Position numbers and translations under genes: made by a program
Notes under the pieces: model-generated
Database searches by the model: none
What the model was told of the DNA's origin: nothing
Seen by the model: the letters and a program-made list of their open reading frames with translations, nothing else
DNA from: Myxococcota bacterium
Lineage (GTDB): Bacteria; Myxococcota_A; UBA9042; PHBI01; JAWLBL01
Direction of reading: 5' to 3'
Assembly: GCA_041687695.1 (NCBI GenBank)
Contig: JAWLBL010000030.1
Coordinates: 1-64,000 of the forward strand
Length of the DNA: 64,000 bases
Part shown: in pieces, positions 1 to 8,806 of the stretch
How positions within the stretch are numbered: position 1 is the stretch's first letter
Layout of the letters: every line of letters begins with the position of its first letter

Positions 1-206
1 CGCCGGCTTCCAGCCGGTGTCGTATTGATGCCGGCGGAGGCGGCCTTGGAGTGCTCCGGCTTGCCGGAGCCCCGGCCCCGGCGGCTTGCCGCCGGGATCT
101 GGCCGCCAAACCCGGCGCAGCAAGCTGCGCCGGATGGGGGCTCCACCAAGGTGGAGCACTCCGGTTTGAACTTTCGCCACAGCCTCTGGAAGCCGGCGAT
201 CCCAGG
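1..206. repeat. REP/MITE-like composite palindromic element, copy 1 (left end degenerate)
   Basis: The 115-bp core at 48-162 is identical to 10345-10459. It has four hairpins and GGAGTGC...GCACTCC ends, and is flanked by GCCGGCTTCCAGCCGG and TGGAAGCCGGCGATCCCAGGG. Confidence 0.85.
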
Positions 207-284
207 GGGCGCTGCCGTCGATGCTTGGAGCGCGGGCGTTGGCGCGGTATGGGGCGGCCGTCGTGGACGACGCCGGCGGGTGAG

Positions 285-908
285 ATGAGCGAGCAGCGCG
301 AGCGGGGATATTGGGAGCGCCACGCGGGGCGGTACGACCGGTCGGTGCGGCTGCTGACGCGGTCGTGGCCCGAGGTGCAGCGGCTGACGGGCGAGGCGCT
401 GGCCGGTTGCGAGCGGGCGCTGGAGGTCGCGGCCGGGACCGGACTGCTGACGGGGACCCTCGCCGGGGCGGCGCGCGAGGTGATCGCGACCGACTACGCC
501 GAGGCGATGGTCGCCCAGCTGGAGGCGCGGGTGCGGGCGGAGGGGCTGGACAACGTCCGCTGCGAGACGGTGGACGTCTACGCGCTGCCGTACGAGCCGG
601 CCTCGTTCGACGCGGTGGTCGCGGCCAACGTGTTGCACCTGCTGCCCGATCTGGAGGGCGCGCTGGCGGCCCTGCGGCGCGTCCTGAAGCCGGGCGGGCG
701 GCTGGTGGCGCCGACCTTCTGCCACGACGAGACCTTCGGGGCGAAGGTGCTCTCGCGCCTGGCGTCGCTGACCGGCTTCCCGCAGCACCGGCGGTTCACC
801 GTGGCCGGGCTGCGCGGCGCCATCGAGGGGGCCGGCTTCGAGGTGGCGCGGGTCGAGACGCTGCCGGGGCGCTTCCCGATCGGCTTCGTGGCCGGTCGGG
901 TGAGGTGA
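285..908 (+). CDS. class I SAM-dependent methyltransferase
   Basis: Motif I ALEVAAGTG, then DYAEAM, FDAVVAANVLHL and RVLKPGG. Start moved to ATG 285 because the longer ORF from 51 runs through the repeat. Confidence 0.85.
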   Translation: MSEQRERGYWERHAGRYDRSVRLLTRSWPEVQRLTGEALAGCERALEVAAGTGLLTGTLAGAAREVIATDYAEAMVAQLEARVRAEGLDNVRCETVDVYALPYEPASFDAVVAANVLHLLPDLEGALAALRRVLKPGGRLVAPTFCHDETFGAKVLSRLASLTGFPQHRRFTVAGLRGAIEGAGFEVARVETLPGRFPIGFVAGRVR

Positions 909-1502
909 TCAGCCCGCGGCGGCCTCGCGCAGGATGCGTAGGCCGCCACGCAGGACGACCACGGCGACGATCGCGCCGATGACGAGATCGGGCACATGGG
1001 TGCCTAGCAGCAGCACCAGCGCGCCCCCGGCGACGACGCCCAGGTTGGCGATGACGTCGTTGGCCGAGAAGATGAAGGCGGCGCGCAGGTGCACCTCGCC
1101 CTCGCGGTACCTCGAGATGAGCTTCAGGCAGGTCACGTTGGCGGCGAGGGCGACGGCGCCGACGGCCAGCATGTAGGCGGGCTCGGGGTCGCTGCCCTGC
1201 ACGGCGCGCCGGATGACCTCGGCCAGCGCGAAGAGGGCGAGGGCGACCTGCAGGAGCCCGCTGAGGCGCGCGGCGCGGGCCTTGCGGGCAGCGGAGGCCG
1301 CGACGGCGAGCAGGCTGACCGTGTAGACCGCGGCGTCGGCGAACATGTCGAGCGAGTCGGCGACGAGCGCGGTCGAGTCGGCGACCAGGCCCGCGGTGAG
1401 CTCGGCGACGAACATGACGGCGTTGATGGCGAGCAGCCAGCGCAGGACGCGGCGTTGCTCGCGCGTGTCGGCCTCCATCTGACAGCCGCAGCAGTCGCTC
1501 AT
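909..1502 (-). CDS. cation diffusion facilitator (CDF) transporter lacking the C-terminal cytosolic domain
   Basis: STALVADSLDMFADA and FSANDVIAN CDF motifs; several TM segments; N-terminal CCGC; only 197 aa. Confidence 0.85.
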   Translation of the reverse strand: MSDCCGCQMEADTREQRRVLRWLLAINAVMFVAELTAGLVADSTALVADSLDMFADAAVYTVSLLAVAASAARKARAARLSGLLQVALALFALAEVIRRAVQGSDPEPAYMLAVGAVALAANVTCLKLISRYREGEVHLRAAFIFSANDVIANLGVVAGGALVLLLGTHVPDLVIGAIVAVVVLRGGLRILREAAAG

Positions 1503-1660
1503 CGGTGCAGACCTTCGGCCCAGCGCTGGCGCTTGTCCAGTGTCGAGGAGGGCGGCTGGTCACGGGGCGCGGCGATCCTGTATGTTGCCGCGACCGAACG
1601 ACCGCTGATGGGAGCCCCGCCGGCGGCGAGCCGCGCCGACAGGGGCGCGAGGAGGACCGA

Positions 1661-4516
1661 ATGCGAGGCATCTCCGGGCTGTGGGCGCGTGCGCTGGTGG
1701 TGACGACGGTGGCGCTGATGGGCGCGGCCGGGTGCGACGGCGAGGGGGGCGGCGAGGCCAAGCGCTGGTCCGTCGTGGCGGAGGGGCTGGACGAGGCGCT
1801 GCTGGCCGTGCACGGGACCTCGTCGACGGACGTGTGGGCGGTGGGCGCGGACCGGGGGCAGGGGCCGCTGGTGCTGCGCTACGACGGGCAGGCCTGGACG
1901 CGGCTCGAGACCGGCACCCAGGGCGACCTGTGGTGGGTGCACGCGGTGCCGGAGGGGCCGGTGTTCCTGGCCGGCGGCAACGGGACGGTGCTGCGCTACG
2001 AGGACGGCGTGTTCACCCGCGAGGCGACGCCGGGGGTCGCGGCGCACACGGTGTACGGGATGTGGGCGCGGGCGGCGGACGACGTCTACGCGGTCGGCAG
2101 CGTGGCGGGGCGCGACGGGTTCATCTGGCGCTACGACGGGCAGGCCTGGCGGAACGTCGATCTGCCGGCGACGACCGAGCTGGGGCCGACCGGCAGCCTG
2201 CCGGGGTTCTTCAAGGTGTGGGGCGACGACGACGAGACGTTCGTGGTCGGCGGCCACGGGCGCATGTTCCGGCTGGGCGACGACGGGTCGCTCGAGCGGG
2301 TGGGCGAAGGCGCGACCAGCAGCACGCTGTTCACGGTGCACTCGGCGGGCGGGCCGTTCGTGGCGGTCGGCGGGGCCAGCGGGGGCGTCATCGTCGAGGG
2401 CGAGCACACGACCGTGGTGGAGGCGACGCCCCAGGGGTGCCCGCTGCTGCAGGGCGTGTGCGTGACCGAGGACGGCCAGGGCTACGCCACCGGGTTCCAG
2501 GGGACCATCTATCGGCGCGACGGGCCGGGGCAGTGGAGCGAGGTGGACCACGGGCTCGAGCTGGCCGTCGAGTCGCTGCACGCGGTGTGGATCGACGACC
2601 GGGGCGGCGTGTGGTCGGTGGGTGGCAACGTCGTGACCTCGCGGCTGAACGAGGGGGCGCTGGTCCATTACCCAGGTGCGTCGGGGGGCGCGAAGGTGCC
2701 GACGTACGTGCCGCCGCCGCCCGAGGACAAGCCGACGCCCAAGGTCGAGTGCCCGGCGGGGCAGATTGACCCGGTGCCGAACGGGTCGATCGCGCGGCGC
2801 TGGAACGAGGCGAACCTGAACGCGATCCGGCGCGCCATCCCGCGGCCGGGCGTGCACGCGCGGAACCTGTTCCACACGTCGGTGGCGATGTACGACGCCT
2901 GGGCGGCCTGGGACGAGGTGGCCGACGGCTATCTGGTGACGGACAAGGCGGCGCCGGCGGCGGATCTGGACGCGGCGCGGCGCGAGGCCATCAGCTACGC
3001 GGCCTATCGGGTGCTGACCCACCGCTACACCATCGAGAACGGCGGGGCGGTGTCGCTGGCGTGCTTCGACGCGCTGATGGACGAGCTGGGGTACGACCCG
3101 GCGGACACGGCGGCGACCGGCGACTCGCCGCGCGCGGTGGGCAACCGCATCGGGGCGGCGGTCGTGGCGGCCTTCGCGGAAGACGGCGCCAACGAGGCCG
3201 CGAACTACGCCGACACGACCGGCTACGTGTTCGTGAACCCGCCGCTGGTGGTGGACCAGCCGGGGACGAAGCTGAACGACCCCTCGCTGTGGCAGCCGCT
3301 GAACCTGGCGGTCGCGGTGACGCAGAACGGCATCATCACCGACGCGGGCGTGCAGGGGTACATCGGCGCGAACTGGGGGCACGTGGCGCCCTTCGCGATG
3401 GAGAGGCCGGCCGAGGGCGCGCCGTACTTCGATCTGGGCGAGGGGCCGGTGTTCGACGAGGCGATGGTCCCGCACGTCGTCGAGCTGATCGAGAAGTCGG
3501 CGCTGCTGGACCCGCGCGACTCCGAGCTCGTCGACCTGTCGCCGGGCGTGTACGGCAACAACCCGCTGGGGACCAACGACGGGCAGGGGCACGGGCTGAA
3601 CCCGGTGACGGGGCAGGCCTACGCGCCGAACCCGATGCCGCTGAACGACTTCGCGCGCGTCATCGCCGAGGTCTGGGCGGACGGGCCGCAGAGCGAGACG
3701 CCGCCCGGGCACTGGGTGAAGATCGGCAACGAGGTGAGCGACACGCCCGGCTTCGAGCGGCGCCTGTGGGGCGAGGGCCCCGAGCTGCCGCGGCTCGAGT
3801 GGGACGTGAAGCTGTACCTGGCGGTCGCGGGGGCGGTGCACGACGCGGCCATCGCGGCCTGGGAGGCCAAGCGGAACTACAACTCGGCGCGCCCCATCTC
3901 GCTGGTGCGCTACATGGGCGGCCTGGGCCAGCGCACGACGCCGGCGCTGCCCGGCTACGACCCGGACGGGCTGCCGCTGGTCGACGGGCTCATCGAGCTG
4001 GTCACCGAGGAGACGGCCGCGCCAGGCGGGCGGCACGCGCACCTGGCGCCGTACCTGGGCGAGGTGGTCGTGCGCTCGTGGCGCGGCGAGCCGGGAGACC
4101 GCGACGCCGAGTTCGGCGGGGTCGGCTGGATCCGCGCGGTCGACTGGATCCCCTACCAGCGGCGCACCTTCGTGTCGCCGGCCTTCCCGGGGTTCGTGTC
4201 GGGGCACAGCACCTTCAGCCGGGCCGGGGCCGAGGTGCTGACCGAGATCACCGGGTCGCCCTACTTCCCGGGGGGCCTGGGCGAGTGGGTGGCCAAGGCG
4301 AACCAGTACCTGGTGTTCGAGGCCGGGCCGTCGGTCGACGTGCACCTGCAATGGGCCAGCTACTACGACGCGGCCGACCAGGCCGGCCAGTCGCGCCTGT
4401 GGGGCGGCATCCACATCGCCCCCGACGACTTCGAGGGCCGCAAGATCGGCAGCGTGGTCGGCAAGCAGGCCGCCGCGCTGGCGCGGACCTACTTCGAGGG
4501 CAGCGCGCACCCGTAA
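1661..4516 (+). CDS. lipoprotein: N-terminal beta-propeller-like repeats fused to a vanadium-dependent haloperoxidase (PAP2 superfamily) domain
   Basis: GGAGG RBS before ATG 1661; lipobox AAGC; repeated units such as AVHGTSSTDVWAVG; catalytic motifs KRNYNSARP, PGFVSGHS and SRLWGGIH. Confidence 0.85.
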   Translation: MRGISGLWARALVVTTVALMGAAGCDGEGGGEAKRWSVVAEGLDEALLAVHGTSSTDVWAVGADRGQGPLVLRYDGQAWTRLETGTQGDLWWVHAVPEGPVFLAGGNGTVLRYEDGVFTREATPGVAAHTVYGMWARAADDVYAVGSVAGRDGFIWRYDGQAWRNVDLPATTELGPTGSLPGFFKVWGDDDETFVVGGHGRMFRLGDDGSLERVGEGATSSTLFTVHSAGGPFVAVGGASGGVIVEGEHTTVVEATPQGCPLLQGVCVTEDGQGYATGFQGTIYRRDGPGQWSEVDHGLELAVESLHAVWIDDRGGVWSVGGNVVTSRLNEGALVHYPGASGGAKVPTYVPPPPEDKPTPKVECPAGQIDPVPNGSIARRWNEANLNAIRRAIPRPGVHARNLFHTSVAMYDAWAAWDEVADGYLVTDKAAPAADLDAARREAISYAAYRVLTHRYTIENGGAVSLACFDALMDELGYDPADTAATGDSPRAVGNRIGAAVVAAFAEDGANEAANYADTTGYVFVNPPLVVDQPGTKLNDPSLWQPLNLAVAVTQNGIITDAGVQGYIGANWGHVAPFAMERPAEGAPYFDLGEGPVFDEAMVPHVVELIEKSALLDPRDSELVDLSPGVYGNNPLGTNDGQGHGLNPVTGQAYAPNPMPLNDFARVIAEVWADGPQSETPPGHWVKIGNEVSDTPGFERRLWGEGPELPRLEWDVKLYLAVAGAVHDAAIAAWEAKRNYNSARPISLVRYMGGLGQRTTPALPGYDPDGLPLVDGLIELVTEETAAPGGRHAHLAPYLGEVVVRSWRGEPGDRDAEFGGVGWIRAVDWIPYQRRTFVSPAFPGFVSGHSTFSRAGAEVLTEITGSPYFPGGLGEWVAKANQYLVFEAGPSVDVHLQWASYYDAADQAGQSRLWGGIHIAPDDFEGRKIGSVVGKQAAALARTYFEGSAHP

Positions 4517-4587
4517 CTGTCATCGCCGGGCGGGCGGCGGAGCCGTCACCTTGGGCAGCGCAGGCCCGGCGCGGCGTGGCGTCGGGT

Positions 4588-4745
4588 TGACCGCGCGCCT
4601 TTTTGCCAACAGCAGCCGCATGGCGGTCGACCCGGTCAGCGGCAAGGCCGTCGACAAGGCCACCGCGACCATCGGCGCCACGCCCGACGGCCAGGTGCTG
4701 TACCTCGAGAGCCCCGAGACGCTGGCCCGCTACGGCAAGCGACCC
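4588..4745 (+). pseudogene. C-terminal remnant of a TRASH/YHS-like metal-binding protein
   Basis: Translates as ...SRMAVDPVSGKAVDKATATIGATPDGQVLYLESPETLARY. No signal peptide or Cys-containing N-terminal half is seen upstream. Confidence 0.5.
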
Positions 4746-4767
4746 CAGCGCGGGCCGCCCGGCCGGG

Positions 4768-6039
4768 TCAGTGACCGCCGCCGCTGGGCTGGGCGCTGCC
4801 CATGAACCAGTCCATGTCGTAGTCGTGCAGGATGACCAGGTAGTCGCGGTCGAGCTCGGCCTCCTCGTCGGCCGACTTGACGACCAGCGCGCCGAACAGG
4901 CCGCGGCCGACGTTCTCGATGGTGCGGGCGTGGTCGTGCAGCGGCCAGGTGCCCGGCGTGTCGGCCGTCCAGGTGTAGGTGACGGGCTCGCCGCCGGGCC
5001 AGGCGACGCTGCCGGGCATGGTGCCGTCGTCGGCGGGGCTCGTGATCACCGCGTGCGGGTGCAGCGACGCCGGGTGCTCGGGCATCAGGTTCTTCAGGTG
5101 CACCCGGACGGTGGTGCCCTCGCGCAGCGACAGGATCCAGGGCTGCCAGGTGGCCTTGTGCGGGCGCACCGTCGCCTGCACGGACGACGCGGTGGCCGCT
5201 TCGAAGGCCTCGGCGTCGGGCATGGGGACATAGGCGCGCACCATCCGGTCCACCTCGACCAGCTGGGTGAGCGCCGGGAAGTACTCGCGCGTGACGGTCA
5301 CCGGGACCTCGGCGGCGACCACCCAGATGTCGACCGTCTCGCCCGGGCCGCCCCGCGGGGGCGGGACCTCGTTCGGGAACCGTCCGTCGTCGCCCAGCGC
5401 CTGGTCGTCGTCGCCCGGCTCGAGCACGCGGAACACCCCCCACATGCCCGAGGCGGCGTGGGTCTCGACGTGGCAGTGGTACATCCAGTCGCCCGCGCCC
5501 ACCCGCTCGTCGGGCGTCGCGTGGCCGGCCCCGGCGAAGAAGTCGGCCTGGTGGACCTCGGCGGGGCCCAGGGTGCGGTTGTCGATGAGGGTGTCGCCGT
5601 CCAGCCACAGGTGCCCGTGGATGTGGAAGGTGTGGAACTCGGGGCCGTAGGACATCACGCGCACGCGCGTGCGCTCGCCGACGTGGGCGCGCAGGGTGGG
5701 CGTGAGCGGCGGCGGGAGGGTGGCGCCGGTCTCGTGCGCGTCGGCGGGCCCCATCATGAGGTCGGCGTCCGAGGGGGCGTCGTAGCCCAGGTCGCGCAGG
5801 TACAGCCAGCGGGCGTAGAGGTTGTCCGACCGATAGTTGAAGCTGTGGCCGTGGTTGCACATGACGTGGGCGGCGTCGCCTTCGCCCATGACGGTGCAGC
5901 CGAGGGCGACCTGGTCCCAGTCGAGCTGGAGGGCGCCGTGCTCGCCGCCGTGGTCGTCCCGAGTGTCGTGGGGGTGGGTGTCGCCGCAGGCGGGCGCGGC
6001 CAGGGCCAGCGCGAGCGCCGAACATCGGAGCAGCTTCAC
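4768..6039 (-). CDS. two-domain multicopper oxidase (small-laccase-like) lipoprotein with reversed domain order
   Basis: HTFHIHGH and WMYHCHVETHAASGM come before SLHPH and WPLHDH; lipobox APAC; GTG start overlaps the upstream TGA (GTGA). Confidence 0.85.
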   Translation of the reverse strand: MKLLRCSALALALAAPACGDTHPHDTRDDHGGEHGALQLDWDQVALGCTVMGEGDAAHVMCNHGHSFNYRSDNLYARWLYLRDLGYDAPSDADLMMGPADAHETGATLPPPLTPTLRAHVGERTRVRVMSYGPEFHTFHIHGHLWLDGDTLIDNRTLGPAEVHQADFFAGAGHATPDERVGAGDWMYHCHVETHAASGMWGVFRVLEPGDDDQALGDDGRFPNEVPPPRGGPGETVDIWVVAAEVPVTVTREYFPALTQLVEVDRMVRAYVPMPDAEAFEAATASSVQATVRPHKATWQPWILSLREGTTVRVHLKNLMPEHPASLHPHAVITSPADDGTMPGSVAWPGGEPVTYTWTADTPGTWPLHDHARTIENVGRGLFGALVVKSADEEAELDRDYLVILHDYDMDWFMGSAQPSGGGH

Positions 6040-6563
6040 TGGACCGCGACCTCGTAGGTGACCGAGTCGCCCGGGGCGAAGGTCAGGGTGAGCGCCCAGG
6101 TGCCGGCCATCGAGGCCTGGACGTCGTGGACGAGGTACTCGCCGCCGCCGACCTCGGTGACGTAGGGGGCCTTGGCCCCGCCGTGGCCCATCCCCTTGTG
6201 AATGAAGGCGACCTGCGGGGTGAGCCCCGAGGCGGGCCCGCCCGACACGGTGTGGATGGTCACCGGGAGCTCGAGGGTGGCGCCGACGCCGACCGGGCCG
6301 TCGAAGTCGCGGATCCAGACCTGATGGGTGCCGGCGGTCGAGGTCTGCTCCTGGCCGGTCGGCGGCGCGATCGCCGTGTCTTCCGCGGCGTCGGGGCCGG
6401 CGGCGTCGGGGGCGCTCGCGTCGGGCTCGGCCGCGTCCTCGTCGGCGCTCGTCTCCTGCAGGACGTCCTGCTGGGCGGCCGTGTCGGCCTGGGGGACCTC
6501 GCCGTCGTTCGAGTCGCAGCCGGCCAGGGCCACCAAGGCGATGCAGATCGTTCTCTTCAGCAT
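6036..6563 (-). CDS. YtkA/FixH-like lipoprotein
   Basis: Lipobox LAGC, acidic linker, then HKGMGHG...GEY...SMAGTWALTL, typical of YtkA-like Ig folds. Confidence 0.7.
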   Translation of the reverse strand: MLKRTICIALVALAGCDSNDGEVPQADTAAQQDVLQETSADEDAAEPDASAPDAAGPDAAEDTAIAPPTGQEQTSTAGTHQVWIRDFDGPVGVGATLELPVTIHTVSGGPASGLTPQVAFIHKGMGHGGAKAPYVTEVGGGEYLVHDVQASMAGTWALTLTFAPGDSVTYEVAVQ

Positions 6564-6761
6564 GTCCCACCCTCCGTCCAGTCAGCGCGCCGGCGCGGGT
6601 GCGGCCGGCCTTCGTGGCGGCAGTGTAAGCGGCGGCCCATGTCGACGTAAACGCCGCACGCGCGGCTTTCGCGCCTGCAGCCTTGGCCCGGGGCCTCAAC
6701 GGCACTAGTCAGGATCATCCCCGAACAGCAGGACGGCCGAAGCACCGGCTGGAGGTGACCC

Positions 6762-7400
6762 TTGGACGCGTTGCGCAGGTCGCTGGCAGCGAGCGCATCG
6801 TGGATGCTGGCCCTGACGGGGTGCGCCCCGCCGGGCGTGGTGCCGGCTGGCAGCGATCACCCGGCCGTGGTCGGCACCGAAGCGCCGCGCCCGGCCGCGC
6901 CGGCGGCGCGGGACGAGGCGCTGGCGCGGTGGCCGGCCGAGGTGACGCCGCGACATCTGCCCGGCCGGGATCACGACCGGACTCGCGGGGCTCGTGACGA
7001 GCGCGCGGCCATCGCGGCGGCCGAGCAGGCGACGCTGGCGCAGGCGCGGCCGGTCTTCGAGCGCCACTGCGCGCGGTGTCACACGGCGGGCGGGGCCAAG
7101 GCGCGCCAGGGCATCCTGGAGCACTTCGACATGACCGGGTACCCGTTCGGCGGCCACCACGCCGACGAGGTCGGCGAGCGGGTGAGGCGCGTCCTGGGCG
7201 TCACGGGAGAGCCGCCGACCATGCCGCGGGACGAGCCGGGCGCCGTGCAGGGGGCGGAGCTCGAGGCTGTGATCGCCTGGACGGTGGCCTTCGATCGGGC
7301 GCAGGCCGCGGGCCTGCACGGGCCGGCCGGCGGCGAGGGCCACGACCACGAGGCGCCGGCGCCCGCCGACGGCGGCCACGGCGAACACGGGGGGCACTGA
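6762..7400 (+). CDS. monoheme c-type cytochrome lipoprotein with His-rich tail
   Basis: Lipobox LTGC, CARCH heme motif, PPTMP candidate axial Met, C-terminal HDH/HGEHGGH. TTG start follows GGAGG but is uncertain. Confidence 0.7.
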   Translation: MDALRRSLAASASWMLALTGCAPPGVVPAGSDHPAVVGTEAPRPAAPAARDEALARWPAEVTPRHLPGRDHDRTRGARDERAAIAAAEQATLAQARPVFERHCARCHTAGGAKARQGILEHFDMTGYPFGGHHADEVGERVRRVLGVTGEPPTMPRDEPGAVQGAELEAVIAWTVAFDRAQAAGLHGPAGGEGHDHEAPAPADGGHGEHGGH

Positions 7401-8806
7401 TGCGGACGACGGTCGCGCTGATGGTGACGGCGGGCCTGCTGGGCGCCACGGGGTGCGCGCCGAGCCGTGACGAGCTGTTCGCGCCGGTCCGCGAGGACGC
7501 GCGGGCCCGGCTCGGGGTGGCTCCCGAGTGGCGGTCGGAGGGGCGGGCCAGTGCCCAGGTGAGCGAGCAGGTGGACGCGCTGCTCGCCGAGCCTCTGGAC
7601 GCGGACGCCGCGGCCCGCATCGCGGTCCTGAACAGCCCGCGGCTGCAGGCCGAGTACGCGCGGCTCGAGGCGGCGCGGGCGCGGCTGCTGGGCGCACGCA
7701 CGCCGCCGAACCCCGAGGTCGAGGCCGAGCTGCGCTTCCCGGTGGACGGCGGGGGCGGCGCCGAGGTCGAGCTGGGGGCCATGATCCCCTTGACGGACCT
7801 GCTGACGCTCGGGACGGCGTCGAGCGCGGCCGGCGCCGAGCTGCGGGCGCGGCAGCGGCGCGCGGTGGCGGCGACCCTGCGCGTCGCGGCCCAGGGGCGC
7901 ATGGCCTACCTGCGGGCGGCCGCCGCAGAGGCCCGACTGGCGGTGCGGCGCGGGGTGGCGGAGGCGGCGGCCGCGAGCGCGCAGCTGGCCGAGGAGCTGC
8001 GGCGGGCGGGGAACGTCACCGAATTCGACCGGCTGCTGGAGGCGGCGCTGGCCGAGGACACGGCGGTCGCCGTGCGCGCCGCCGAGGCCGAGGCGGCGGC
8101 CGCGCGGGCGGACCTGGCGGCGACGCTGGGGCTCCACGGGCGGCGGGCCGAGCTGAGGCTGGCGGCCGAGCTGCCGGCCGTCCCGCCCGACCTGGACCCC
8201 CGGCCCCTCGAGGAGGCGAGCGTAGCGGCGAGCGAGGCGCTGGCCGCGGCGCGGCTGGAGCTGGAGGCGGCGGGCGCGCGGGTCGGCCTGGCGCGCTTCA
8301 GGTCGGTGCTTCCGGGGCTGGCGGTGGGCGTGTCCGCCGAGCGCGACGAGGGCTGGGGCGTGGGGCCGGCGGTCGCGCTGGAGGTGCCGCTGTTCGACTG
8401 GGGGCAGGGCGAGCGGGCCGAGGCCTGGGCCGAGGTGCGTCGCCTTCAGCAGGCGTACGCGGCCCAGGCGCTGGACGTGCGGGCGGCGGCGCGGCGGACC
8501 GAGGCGCGGCTGGTGGCGGCGCACGCGCGGGCGAGACGGCTGCGGGAGGTCGTGGTGCCCTTGCGGCGGCGGCTGCTCGCGCGCGGCGTGCTGCAGTACA
8601 ACGCCATGAACCTGAGCCCGTTCGAGCTGCTGATCCTGCGGCGCGATCTCTTCGAGGCCGAGCTGAGGCTGGTCGAGGCGACGGCCGACTTCTGGATGGC
8701 GCAGGCCGGGGCCGAGGCGCTGCGGGGCGGCGCGCTGCTGGACGACGACGGGCGCGGGGCCGAGGCCGGCCTCGAGCGCTCGCTGGACCGGGGGGACCAC
8801 CGATGA
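7400..8806 (+). CDS. TolC-family outer membrane protein of the copper-oxidase operon type
   Basis: Lipobox ATGC; AARIAVLNSPRLQA, EVPLFDWGQ and QYNAMNLSPFELL; TGATG coupling to the upstream gene. Confidence 0.85.
   Translation: MRTTVALMVTAGLLGATGCAPSRDELFAPVREDARARLGVAPEWRSEGRASAQVSEQVDALLAEPLDADAAARIAVLNSPRLQAEYARLEAARARLLGARTPPNPEVEAELRFPVDGGGGAEVELGAMIPLTDLLTLGTASSAAGAELRARQRRAVAATLRVAAQGRMAYLRAAAAEARLAVRRGVAEAAAASAQLAEELRRAGNVTEFDRLLEAALAEDTAVAVRAAEAEAAAARADLAATLGLHGRRAELRLAAELPAVPPDLDPRPLEEASVAASEALAAARLELEAAGARVGLARFRSVLPGLAVGVSAERDEGWGVGPAVALEVPLFDWGQGERAEAWAEVRRLQQAYAAQALDVRAAARRTEARLVAAHARARRLREVVVPLRRRLLARGVLQYNAMNLSPFELLILRRDLFEAELRLVEATADFWMAQAGAEALRGGALLDDDGRGAEAGLERSLDRGDHR

Noticed and set aside
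25..288. Paralogous small ORFs at 25-288 and 10325-10981
   Set aside because: Their similarity comes from the palindromic DNA repeat; they diverge immediately outside it and have no protein motifs.
285..4516. Halogenated-metabolite cluster (methyltransferase plus haloperoxidase)
   Set aside because: The genes are separated by an oppositely oriented CDF gene and no scaffold-building enzymes are present.
4768..6705. 645-aa extended version of the multicopper oxidase
   Set aside because: The extension is an out-of-frame read of the YtkA-like gene; a signal peptide begins at GTG 6039.
6600..6740. Regulator box or ECF motif between the two oxidase operons
   Set aside because: Only weak GC-rich repeats were found; no TGTCATCGC or -24/-12 match.
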